Source: an uncultured Gammaproteobacteria bacterium
Lineage (GTDB): Bacteria > Patescibacteriota > Microgenomatia > CAYSOG01
Reading direction: 5' to 3'
Length of the DNA: 64,000 nt
Assembly: GCA_964432675.1 (NCBI GenBank)
Contig: CAYSOG010000002.1
Coordinates: 6,975-70,974 of the forward strand
The notes under the pieces were generated by a model. That model was not told the DNA's origin, searched no databases, and saw only the letters and a list, made by a program, of their open reading frames with translations. Position 1 is the first letter of the stretch. Every line of letters starts with the position of its first letter. Made by a program: the position numbers and the translations under genes. This document shows positions 27,176 through 35,913 of this stretch, one piece after another.

Positions 27176-29884
27176 TTACTTGGACAAAAAATAGTCATTC
27201 CCGAATGCCTTTGTAAAGGCTTGGGTATTGGCTTTAGTGTTGTTAACTGTCCAGTCGATGTCACCGTCTTTGGTATTGAACCAGACGACTGCTTTAATTG
27301 CCGGGTGTTTTTCGATATAACCGGCTAATAACTGCATCCATTGTCCCTTCGATTGCCCCGGCACGTTAGAATCGGCGCTGGCTGTTTCGGTAATTATGAT
27401 AGGCTTATTGAATTTTTCAATATCAGAAACCGTTGGCGAAAACATTGCTGTAGGCGTTCGAAACCCATTGTTTTTGTAATAACCGTTCCAGTTAAACGAG
27501 CTGACACCAACCCAGTCAACATAGTTATCTCCTGGATAAAATGCATCGATATTTGACGAATAAGGAACCTTTTGTTCGTCATACTTTTCATTTGGTGACC
27601 ACACCCAAGTAACATTAGTTGCACCAACTGATTGGAATATGTCATGGACATGTTGCCATGCCGCGATATATTCCTGCGGCGTATTATACGTGCTACCCCA
27701 TGGATACCAATTACCATTCATTTCATGGGCAAACCGTATCATAACCGGCTTTCTGTACGCTTTAACATCTTTTGCATACTGGGTGATGTAGGCATCATAT
27801 AAGCCTTCCGAAATTAGTTTCATGCGATATTGCTGTTGGTTGGCATCGTTGTCGCTTCTGTTATACCCATTAACCGGTTGCCAAGGTTCCCAAGTAACCA
27901 TTGGTATCGAGTTTTGGCTTGCAATATAATTTGACCACTGTTGGTTGAAGCGGTTATCTTTAACGCCCCAAGCTTGGTAATAGCCAACAATCGCGAAATT
28001 CTTGCCGAATTGGTTCTGTAAGCCCACAAGGGCATCACTGTCATTATGGTTATAAAGGGAAACGCCTACGAGTGAGCCTTCATTTGGCTCCTGGACTTTG
28101 CCCGCTAACGGCGTATTGCTGGTGGTAAATGTCGCTACTGTAAACGATGGTGCAAAGAAAGCTTCAGCCAACTTCGCCCGATCTGTGTAGGCAAAAGCCA
28201 AACTAACCATGACGACACAGGCAAAGCTAAAGCTCACCCCATACCGTATCAGCCGCCAGGCTATTTGATATGACGTAAGGTAAGCATAGACGCCATCCCA
28301 ATAAATACTGAGCGATACCGCGAGCAAAGTAAGAACGTTAAAAAGTGCCCAAAAACGTAGTTGGACCGCGCCGTGGTTTTGGATACAACTGACGATAAGC
28401 GCATATGCTGTTAAGGAGATAAGGATAAGATGTGGCAAAAACGTTTTAACGGGTACCCGTTGTTGTTTTGCGGTACTGCCTTTTTGGGTTACCATATAGC
28501 GCAATTTGATACCGGTAATGAAATTAAAAAAGGCAATGGCATAGATAATGTTCGCGCCAAGGTTTAAGAACATACCAAGCGGCCCTAATAACGGTTCGTT
28601 TTCCGGGTCAATTTGGAAGCGATGGGTATAAAGCTGAATAACATTGGCTAGCAAGAATGGTGGAAAAGAATAGGCAAGCCATTGTTGCAATTGCATATTC
28701 GCATCACGAAGGCCAAACAATAGATAAAGTACTGTCAAGAATATGCCAAACAGAACGGCAAGGCCAGTAAAGTAATAGAGTTGCGCCAAGCAGTAGTTAA
28801 TTTTTTGTTTCAATGGTAAATGCCAAACAATTCTCGGTGTATGTTTGAATAATATTTCAAACAACCCATAGCTCCAGCGCATTTGCTGATTAAAATAGTC
28901 TACCCAATTTAAAGGTCCTTCGCCCTTGGCAATAATTTCTGGCACAAAAACACCCTTATAACCGTATTTGTAAAATAACATGCCGGTTAAATGGTCTTCT
29001 ACAATAGTCGGCGCATAGCCGCCAATTTTTTTCATCGCAGAAGCCCGATAAATATGGCTTGTCCCTATTAAAAATGGCATGTCACAACCGTAAAAGCCTT
29101 GCTGCATTGGCCCATGAAAGAAAAATGACTGCTCACCGGCACCCCGGGCAATCCAGTTTTCAGTGTTCTTATAAAACTGTGGTGTGCCGACAAAACCAAC
29201 TTTTTCATCACGAAAGTAACCAAGTGTCCGTTCAAAAAATTCAGGTTCCGGCACATGGTCCATGTCTATCTGGGCGACAATATCATAACTATCTTCGTGC
29301 TTATCACGCCAGGCATTGTGGTTACCCGCTTTTGTCTTGGTACGGTATATGCCAGATTCCTGGTTATACTTTGCAATACCTTTTCTTGAAAAATGTTTAA
29401 CTCCTAAGCGTTCGCATAAGGCCTTCACTTCTTTATCATTGCCTTCATCCAATACCCACGTATCGTGTGGATAGCGAACCTTAAGCATGGCACATAGGGT
29501 GTCTGAAAGCATGTCCAAAGGTTCCTTACCGGGTACATAGCAGGTTAAAAAGGCAACACGAAGCCCTTTTTGAGGCCGTAAGTACTTTGGTTTTGCCATA
29601 AACCACAAGGCAAACCAACTAGCAACGCGCAAAAGCATGCCCAAAAAGACAACTGAAGAAACGATTATGAAAAGAATAAGGTCAAATGCGTGGGATGATA
29701 AAATACTGGTTCCTTGAAAGTTTTGGGGAATATGCTCTGGCTTAAACCACCATAATGCATAACGGATGACAAAAAAGAAACCTAAACTGATTAAGCCGGC
29801 ATAAACTGCCCGCTGTTTTTTAGTAAAGACAGCGACCTTTTCAACAGACACAGTATTGGTGGGTTGACGTTTCTTAAATAGCAT
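27176..29884 (-). CDS. Membrane-embedded family-2 glycosyltransferase (processive, cellulose-synthase-like) fused to a C-terminal extracytoplasmic GH26-like (clan GH-A) glycoside hydrolase domain
   Basis: Two N-terminal TM helices, a GT2 core with DxD-type motifs and QQMRW (QxxRW), a further block of TM helices, then a hydrolase domain with RFAHEMNGNWYPWG, WVWSPNE and IIITETA. Confidence 0.75.
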   Translation of the reverse strand: MLFKKRQPTNTVSVEKVAVFTKKQRAVYAGLISLGFFFVIRYALWWFKPEHIPQNFQGTSILSSHAFDLILFIIVSSVVFLGMLLRVASWFALWFMAKPKYLRPQKGLRVAFLTCYVPGKEPLDMLSDTLCAMLKVRYPHDTWVLDEGNDKEVKALCERLGVKHFSRKGIAKYNQESGIYRTKTKAGNHNAWRDKHEDSYDIVAQIDMDHVPEPEFFERTLGYFRDEKVGFVGTPQFYKNTENWIARGAGEQSFFFHGPMQQGFYGCDMPFLIGTSHIYRASAMKKIGGYAPTIVEDHLTGMLFYKYGYKGVFVPEIIAKGEGPLNWVDYFNQQMRWSYGLFEILFKHTPRIVWHLPLKQKINYCLAQLYYFTGLAVLFGIFLTVLYLLFGLRDANMQLQQWLAYSFPPFLLANVIQLYTHRFQIDPENEPLLGPLGMFLNLGANIIYAIAFFNFITGIKLRYMVTQKGSTAKQQRVPVKTFLPHLILISLTAYALIVSCIQNHGAVQLRFWALFNVLTLLAVSLSIYWDGVYAYLTSYQIAWRLIRYGVSFSFACVVMVSLAFAYTDRAKLAEAFFAPSFTVATFTTSNTPLAGKVQEPNEGSLVGVSLYNHNDSDALVGLQNQFGKNFAIVGYYQAWGVKDNRFNQQWSNYIASQNSIPMVTWEPWQPVNGYNRSDNDANQQQYRMKLISEGLYDAYITQYAKDVKAYRKPVMIRFAHEMNGNWYPWGSTYNTPQEYIAAWQHVHDIFQSVGATNVTWVWSPNEKYDEQKVPYSSNIDAFYPGDNYVDWVGVSSFNWNGYYKNNGFRTPTAMFSPTVSDIEKFNKPIIITETASADSNVPGQSKGQWMQLLAGYIEKHPAIKAVVWFNTKDGDIDWTVNNTKANTQAFTKAFGNDYFLSK

Positions 29885-29952
29885 TACATTACTATCAACT
29901 ATAGGTCGAAATTATACACTATTATAGGATAAAAGTCAACAGAATGAAGAGC

Positions 29953-31119
29953 TTAAAAGGAAGGCCGGTATATCGGAGAAGAAATCGAAGAAATAAACAA
30001 ATTAAGTGTACTTGGTGATATGTCTATAAGCCAATTTACGTTTTCTTGTTGTGACCGATCTTCGTTGTAAAAGACAACTGCTTGGATATGGGGGAAATTT
30101 GCGGGCACTTGCACTTGGAGCATATCTTTATACCAAGTACTTTTATCGCCACCGCGATCAGTCGTATTAACTTCGGCTAGCATAATTGGTTTAGTAGGGG
30201 AGAGGGCAATGAGTTCATTGTACGGCTCTCGGAAAACAGTTGCAAAGCTTTGCCATTGGCTCCATGACTGTGTGGTACCCCAGTTATATCCATCCACACC
30301 AAGCCAGTCAACGTTGGCATCCCCAGGATACAATGTTTTATAAGGAATACTTTGGTCATTCCCTTTATTGGGTGCAAAAACCCACAACACTTTGGTGGCA
30401 TTCTCAGAAGCAACGATCGAATGAAAACGTTGCCAAGCTGCTATAAAATCTTCTGGGGTATCATGAGTTTGCAGTGGACTCCAGGCAGTTGTTGGTAAGT
30501 TCATTTCCCAGGCAAACCGTAAAAAGATTGGCTTGTTAAATGTTGCTAAATTATGACCCACGGTATGTAAGAATGCGTCACAATTGCCATTTGCAATCGC
30601 TTTATAAAGGCTCAAGCCATTACTCTGGCACTGCGAAAAAAAGTATGGATTAATACTTAGCATCGGCCGCCAGCCATATTGGGTAATGGTGTTAAGCTCA
30701 CCGACAATAGCATCGGAGGCCAGTGCGTCCCATCCCCGATAGTAATGTGCAATAGCAACATGTTTCCCGATTTTTTGTTCGACCAATTGTAATTGATCAG
30801 GGTGTAGTGTTTTTGCATTGTCGTCCCAAAAACCCTGCGTCCACATGCCAAGATAAACCGCCCTGGTAGTCTCTACTGGCGGCTTAAGAGCTACCAGCTT
30901 ATTCGCTGGCGCAATACTAGCAACAGATTGCGTAGGGCTCGGTGTAGTCGCTATGGCTTCGCCTCTAACCGCTGGTGAAAATGTCGGAAAGTTACCGGCG
31001 CTCATAGGAGTTGTCGCACGATACTTACCGTACCATAGCACTGAGGTTACCCCAACGAGCAAAACAAAAGCTGTAAACAAAATAAGATGCTTGGGAAGCA
31101 TCATCCGTGAAAATCTCAT
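29953..31119 (-). CDS. secreted or membrane-anchored GH26-like glycoside hydrolase, paralog of the C-terminal domain of the upstream fusion
   Basis: Signal-anchor, then RFAWEMNLPTTAWSP, LWVFAPN and IMLAEVNTTD motifs parallel to the fusion protein's hydrolase domain. Confidence 0.7.
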   Translation of the reverse strand: MRFSRMMLPKHLILFTAFVLLVGVTSVLWYGKYRATTPMSAGNFPTFSPAVRGEAIATTPSPTQSVASIAPANKLVALKPPVETTRAVYLGMWTQGFWDDNAKTLHPDQLQLVEQKIGKHVAIAHYYRGWDALASDAIVGELNTITQYGWRPMLSINPYFFSQCQSNGLSLYKAIANGNCDAFLHTVGHNLATFNKPIFLRFAWEMNLPTTAWSPLQTHDTPEDFIAAWQRFHSIVASENATKVLWVFAPNKGNDQSIPYKTLYPGDANVDWLGVDGYNWGTTQSWSQWQSFATVFREPYNELIALSPTKPIMLAEVNTTDRGGDKSTWYKDMLQVQVPANFPHIQAVVFYNEDRSQQENVNWLIDISPSTLNLFISSISSPIYRPSF

Positions 31120-31227
31120 CTCCTTTTATGACCTTCATAATACATTTGTAAACCGAATGCAACCAAAAAATTTTGCGGTTGCATTTTTATTCCAGATTGC
31201 AGTAGAGTAGACAAAAGGAGAATTTTT

Positions 31228-31686
31228 ATGACGAAACAAATTGCCATTATCAGTATTTTGTGCCTATCTCTTACCGCTTGTAGCTTAGGTATTCGCAGCC
31301 GACTCAAAAGCCTAACCGGCACGGCTGCTTCACCAACGGCTAGCGTATCACCAACAACATCTGCAATGGCTTCAGCAAGCAGCGCTGCGATGCAGGCCAC
31401 AACAGCACCACAGTCGAAAACTACCATAACATATACGTCTAGTGGTTTCTCGCCGGCAACACTCACCATCAAGGCAGGTGACAGTGTTACATTCGTTAAT
31501 CATGCAACAGGTGACGTCCAAGTGAATTCCGACCCACATCCGACACATACACTGTATCCAATGCTTAATATCGGTGTTATTACAGCCGGATTATCGTCTG
31601 ATCCAGTAGCCTTCACAAAGGCGGGCACGTACACCTATCATAACCACCTAAACCCAGCCCAAAAGGGGACAATTGTCGTCCAATAG
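31228..31686 (+). CDS. lipoprotein with a cupredoxin-like beta-sandwich domain
   Basis: Lipobox LSLTAC, an Ala/Ser/Thr linker, then a C-terminal domain (TLTIKAGDSVTFVNHATGDVQVNSDPHPTH...GTYTYHNHLNPAQKGTIVV). There is no Cys ligand, so copper binding is doubtful. Confidence 0.45.
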   Translation: MTKQIAIISILCLSLTACSLGIRSRLKSLTGTAASPTASVSPTTSAMASASSAAMQATTAPQSKTTITYTSSGFSPATLTIKAGDSVTFVNHATGDVQVNSDPHPTHTLYPMLNIGVITAGLSSDPVAFTKAGTYTYHNHLNPAQKGTIVVQ

Positions 31687-31745
31687 AGGCCTTGCTTAGG
31701 CAGTAATGCTCCTAGTCTATGGTACAATAGCTTGGGAGAAATGGT

Positions 31746-31949
31746 ATGGTGTGGCTAACTGTTTACAAAAAAGTATTTTCACCACTTTTTTATAGCTTGG
31801 GGTTTCGTTGCCGATTTGAACCGAGTTGTTCGGAATATTTTCAACAGGCTACCCAAAAGTACGGGCCATTTAGAGGTTCAGTAAAAGGCATGTGGCGAAT
31901 TTTACGCTGTAATTCATTCAATCCTCATTTCGGCTATGACCCAGTGTAA
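31746..31949 (+). CDS. yidD: membrane protein insertion efficiency factor YidD
   Basis: [10 protein letters not shown]...[17 protein letters not shown] is the YidD signature. Confidence 0.8.
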   Translation: MVWLTVYKKVFSPLFYSLGFRCRFEPSCSEYFQQATQKYGPFRGSVKGMWRILRCNSFNPHFGYDPV

Positions 31950-31957
31950 GCTGGCTG

Positions 31958-32461
31958 GTGATCCCGCCTTCGCTAATTCCACAGACTTGCGCGATAACAG
32001 CAAAACTTGCTACAATTTTCGCTATGGCTATAGAACGTGCACAACAAATTCCAATTGAAGACATTACAGAACTTGTTCATCTTGCAGGCGGCGAAACTGC
32101 CGGACCAATGGCTGACGAAATCGACCAGATCAACTGTTATGCTGGGCTGGTAGTCGGTGTCGCCTCAATCCAAGACGAGCAATGGCAATCAACGGGATAC
32201 TGGAAAATTACTTTAGATTCTGGCCTAATCATTACAAGCAGCTCATATCGCGCCCAAAACTGCTTATTAGACGATCGTGTTAGGTTTTTCGAGCTGCCTG
32301 AAGATGCTGACTGTTACACGGAATATGAAAAAACAAACCATGTTGGTATTTCTATAACACGACATGGCACTTACGTTGACATCATGCATGTTGCTCGCGA
32401 GCAAATAATATTACCGCAACCACAAACCGCTGACGAAAATACCCGCACGTCACCAGATTAA
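31958..32461 (+). CDS. hypothetical protein
   Basis: 167-aa ORF. The start may be the internal Met (MAIERAQQ). Confidence 0.5.
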   Translation: MIPPSLIPQTCAITAKLATIFAMAIERAQQIPIEDITELVHLAGGETAGPMADEIDQINCYAGLVVGVASIQDEQWQSTGYWKITLDSGLIITSSSYRAQNCLLDDRVRFFELPEDADCYTEYEKTNHVGISITRHGTYVDIMHVAREQIILPQPQTADENTRTSPD

Positions 32462-32464
32462 GGC

Positions 32465-33628
32465 TTGTTTCTTTTAAAAATCCCATTTACAATGAGGGCT
32501 ATGACGCAAGAAGAAAAGCGCGCACTTATCACCCGAAATCTTGACGAAGTTCTAACTCCCGAAGAATTAAACCACCTTTTATCTACAAATACTCCCTTAA
32601 AACATTACATCGGTTTTGAGCTATCCGGACAAATCCACATTGGCCAAGGGCTCGTGACTGCCATGAAGATAAAGGATTTCCTTGACGCCGGCGTTGACTG
32701 CACTATCTACTTAGCCGACTGGTTTAGTTGGATTAATGATAAGCTAACCGGCGACTTAGACATTATCCAAAGCGTTGGGGTTGCATATTTTAAAAATGGG
32801 TTTACAGCCTGTTTGCAAGCCCTAGGCGCTGACCCAACGAAGGTCCACTTCGTTACGAGTACTGAGTTGTACAAAAACAGGTTAGACTATTGGCAAAGTG
32901 TTATTGAAATTTCAAAAAATACTACGTTGGCTCGCATGATGCGGTCGGTTTCGATCATGGGACGCACTGAAGGCGAGGGTATGGACTTTGCCAAGCTTAT
33001 TTATCCGCCAATGCAGGCAGCCGACATCTTTCTTTTACAAGCCAACCTAGCGCATGCCGGTATGGACCAACGGAAAGCCCACGTTATTGCCCGTGACACT
33101 GGTTTACAAATTAAAACGAATAAACTAACTGATGCCAAAGGCGAACAGATCAAACCCGTGGCCTTGCACCATCATCTTCTTTTAGGCCTAACGCCGCCAC
33201 CAAAATGGCCAATGGCCAAGGAAGAATTACAGCAAGCACTTTCAGAAATGAAGATGTCAAAGTCAAAGCCTGGGTCTGCCATTTTTATTACCGATGAGCC
33301 AGAAGAAATCCGCCAGAAACTAACCAAAGCCTTTTGTCCAGAAAAGGAAACTGTATACAATCCTGTGCTAGATTGGACTAAGCATCTTATATTTCCCCTT
33401 CGTAACGGTATCCAGATAAATCGTGACGAAAAATTCGGAGGAAATGTGTCGTATTCGTCCTACCAAGACTTAGAAAAGGATTTCCAAGAAGGCGCACTAC
33501 ACCCAATGGATCTTAAAACTGCAGTCGCCGAAAGTTTAATCGAAACTCTCGCGCCAATACGAGACTACTTTAGTAATGACCCAGCTAAATCAACCTTAGA
33601 CAATCTCAAGAAAATTCTCCAATCCTAA
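32465..33628 (+). CDS. tyrS: tyrosyl-tRNA synthetase of the archaeal/eukaryotic type
   Basis: Class I aaRS with a HIGH-like motif (GQIHIGQG) and KMSKS. It aligns along its length with the Methanocaldococcus jannaschii TyrRS as I recall it: HYIGFELSGQIHIG vs AYIGFEPSGKIHLG; IYPPMQAADI..GMDQRKAHVIARD vs IYPIMQVNDI..GMEQRKIHMLARE; EKFGGNVSYSSYQDLEKDF..ALHPMDLKTAVAESLIETLAPIR vs EKFGGDLTVNSYEELESLF..ELHPMDLKNAVAEELIKILEPIR. The Tyr-specifying Y and D are conserved. The true start is probably an internal Met (MRAMTQ or MTQEEK). Confidence 0.85.
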   Translation: MFLLKIPFTMRAMTQEEKRALITRNLDEVLTPEELNHLLSTNTPLKHYIGFELSGQIHIGQGLVTAMKIKDFLDAGVDCTIYLADWFSWINDKLTGDLDIIQSVGVAYFKNGFTACLQALGADPTKVHFVTSTELYKNRLDYWQSVIEISKNTTLARMMRSVSIMGRTEGEGMDFAKLIYPPMQAADIFLLQANLAHAGMDQRKAHVIARDTGLQIKTNKLTDAKGEQIKPVALHHHLLLGLTPPPKWPMAKEELQQALSEMKMSKSKPGSAIFITDEPEEIRQKLTKAFCPEKETVYNPVLDWTKHLIFPLRNGIQINRDEKFGGNVSYSSYQDLEKDFQEGALHPMDLKTAVAESLIETLAPIRDYFSNDPAKSTLDNLKKILQS

Positions 33629-33640
33629 GTAATGTCATTG

Positions 33641-33727
33641 TATTTTTATTATTGTTCGAGTGATTAGCGAGAACTACTGAGATAGAGAAGTATTACATTA
33701 CGTAGTTCTCGCTCCATGTGTACATTG
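33641..33727. repeat. Palindromic repeat copy B downstream of tyrS, carrying a perfect 12-bp inverted repeat
   Basis: AGCGAGAACTAC (33666-33677) and GTAGTTCTCGCT (33702-33713) flank a 24-nt loop. The left arm contains the reverse complement of the copy A core (TTATTGTTCGAGTGATTAGCGAGAACTAC). The right arm resembles copy A in forward orientation (GAGAAGTATTA...GTAGTTCTCGCT...TGTACA). Confidence 0.6.
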
Positions 33728-34012
33728 CGCCCCAACAATAGACGATCCGCACACTCTTTTTATCTCTAGGGTAGAGAAGATTAACTACCAAAAGCAATAT
33801 CGCGCCGTGGTACAATTAATTAATGGCAGCACTGTTCAAACGAAAATACTGGCGTTATTTTTGGATTGGTTTGATTGCTATCGCTTCGCTTACGTTAATA
33901 TTAGGCTCTATTTTGCCGAATTTCCTGGCTTAAATTATTGTAACTTCCTTCGCTTTCTTATATAATTACTTCCCGTAACAACATGTTGGCACTTTAATAA
34001 GGAGTTACTAGA

Positions 34013-34441
34013 TTGCACACGGCAATTGACTGCACTGGTGGTGACCGGAAAAGATTGCGCGATGAAGAACTTATTCGTAGCGTACTTACCAAATTGCCCC
34101 GACGTATGCGCATTATATCATTAACCACGCCGATTGTTCTGCCAAGATGCTTTAACGACGTAAAAATTAATGGCAAATTGCAACGCGTCCCAACGGAAGA
34201 TTTATCTGGCTTTGTCCTGACTGAAGAAGGCCATATTGCAATACATACTGAGCCTGCACTTGGCAGCGCCTGGATTGATATTTTCCATAGCAGCAATACT
34301 TTGCTTCAAGCATGCCTTTCTATTATTACCGATACATTTGTATTTACTTCTCTACAAACTAAACTAATCAGAGTTCGCAGCCTTGATCCAGCTGATATTG
34401 GCGTTAGGATAACTGTTGAGCAAGAAAATACTGAATCATGA
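34013..34441 (+). CDS. S-adenosylmethionine decarboxylase-like (SpeH fold) protein lacking the pyruvoyl-precursor serine
   Basis: Aligns to small archaeal/bacterial AdoMetDC: N-terminal MH...GGD..L.D.E.I, then DLSGFVLTEEGHIAIHTEPALGSAWIDIFHS against the canonical [31 protein letters not shown]. ESH is replaced by EGH. Confidence 0.65.
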   Translation: MHTAIDCTGGDRKRLRDEELIRSVLTKLPRRMRIISLTTPIVLPRCFNDVKINGKLQRVPTEDLSGFVLTEEGHIAIHTEPALGSAWIDIFHSSNTLLQACLSIITDTFVFTSLQTKLIRVRSLDPADIGVRITVEQENTES

Positions 34442-34462
34442 CCAAAAAACAGGGGAAAGGAA

Positions 34463-34888
34463 ATGCATGCTCTTTTCAACGGCTCAGGCGGGAAAGAGGA
34501 ATACTTGGATGACGAAGATCGCGTGAAGAAAGCGCTCATCGCAGTACCTGAAAGTTGTGGCCTACTGGCACTGACAAGACCAAAAGTCTTACGTTATGCA
34601 CCCACGCAATTACTCAAAGAAGTAGACCCTCTACAACCAGTCGTTTGGGATGGTATTTGTGGCTCAATTTTTTTAGTATCGGGCAGATTTTCAATTTACA
34701 CGTTTCCAGCCAAGCAATACTTGTGGGCAGACCTTTTCAGTTTGCTTGACTTTGACACCATGGTAGCATTCGCAACGCTCCATGAGTATTTTCCGAATAC
34801 AAACTTCGATGTCGAAATCAACAAACGCGGACTGCCTTTGTTTGAACAAATGCCTGTAGTCGCACAGCAAACCAGAGAAAGGGTTTAG
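34463..34888 (+). CDS. S-adenosylmethionine decarboxylase-like protein, divergent paralog lacking the catalytic serine
   Basis: MHALFNGSGGKEEYLDDED...GICGSIFLVSGRFSIYTFPAKQYLWADLFS. The ESH position reads SGR. Confidence 0.55.
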   Translation: MHALFNGSGGKEEYLDDEDRVKKALIAVPESCGLLALTRPKVLRYAPTQLLKEVDPLQPVVWDGICGSIFLVSGRFSIYTFPAKQYLWADLFSLLDFDTMVAFATLHEYFPNTNFDVEINKRGLPLFEQMPVVAQQTRERV

Positions 34889-34892
34889 GCAC

Positions 34893-35729
34893 ATGTGTTG
34901 TTCGATGCATCCGGCCAGTTTTAGCGAGACGATCGTCTATGTCGGGGAGCAATTTCATCCAAAATATGGCTTGGTCCATGTTATGGCCTACCAAAACACC
35001 GCGATTAACTACAACGCAGGCCCGAATGCCATGATCTTGCATATACCCGGCCAAGGGATGACGCAAGACAACTTTATTGATACTGGTGACTGTCGGTCAT
35101 TTCTCAAAGACATGGTACAAGCCCTTCAGCCACCGCGCCGCGATATACTGTTGGGCTCACGAAGCATCGCGTTTGCTAGCCTCGCACCAGTACAAGTCTT
35201 CGAACATGACATTTATACCGTTGTGCTTTCTGAAGACGCTTCGCTTATTCCGCAAGCGCTAAGCCGTGTACCCGAAAACAAACGGCCGGCCGCTAACCAG
35301 CCGTTGTTTGACTTCTACGCGCGGGAGTGGCCAAACTGGAGTGTTGCACTTTGCTGTTTTGACAATAAGCAGGCTGCAAAAGCGGCACCACTTATGGTCT
35401 GGTACCATCCGCTTGCAGAAGACACCCTGCATTGGCCATCAATTGACAGCCACACCGGTGAGGTACCAAACTTGCACGGCATGGTTGCGGTCGAACACTG
35501 GATAATCGGCGGATCCCACCGTATGACGGAAGAGATTGGTGTACCAGTACGTTATCGCGGTGGCTGTTCACCTGACGTTACGGCGTTTTTGCCAGATCGC
35601 GTTATCGGCATGAATTACAATTTCCCGATGCAAAACGGCGATTTTGTTATCGACACCGAAAAGCTCGTTCAAGGCAATGCTGGCAGCATTCTTCGCGTAC
35701 CAGCACCAAGTGTTGCAAACATAATTTAA
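34893..35729 (+). CDS. hypothetical protein (278 aa) embedded in the AdoMetDC-like cluster
   Basis: ORF with no recognisable motifs. The start may be an internal Met (MHPASF). Confidence 0.5.
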   Translation: MCCSMHPASFSETIVYVGEQFHPKYGLVHVMAYQNTAINYNAGPNAMILHIPGQGMTQDNFIDTGDCRSFLKDMVQALQPPRRDILLGSRSIAFASLAPVQVFEHDIYTVVLSEDASLIPQALSRVPENKRPAANQPLFDFYAREWPNWSVALCCFDNKQAAKAAPLMVWYHPLAEDTLHWPSIDSHTGEVPNLHGMVAVEHWIIGGSHRMTEEIGVPVRYRGGCSPDVTAFLPDRVIGMNYNFPMQNGDFVIDTEKLVQGNAGSILRVPAPSVANII

Positions 35730-35913
35730 CGTTACTTTAGGTCTCACCTTCATTTATGAGGTGGGACCTTTTTTATTGGATAAGACTGTGAGGACTATTG
35801 CTAAACGCTATTTTAATCGTGTTGGTAAATGCGCTTTCCCTGCGGTACAATACTTCTTGTCCGAAAGCACGTTAAGCTTATAAGTCGTGAGGAAAGAAAG
35901 GACGTAAACCCTG

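Noticed and set aside
33629-34012. T-box or riboswitch for tyrS
   Set aside because: The structured region lies downstream, not upstream, of tyrS. I could not find specifier-loop, antiterminator or T-box consensus. It is treated as a palindromic repeat instead.
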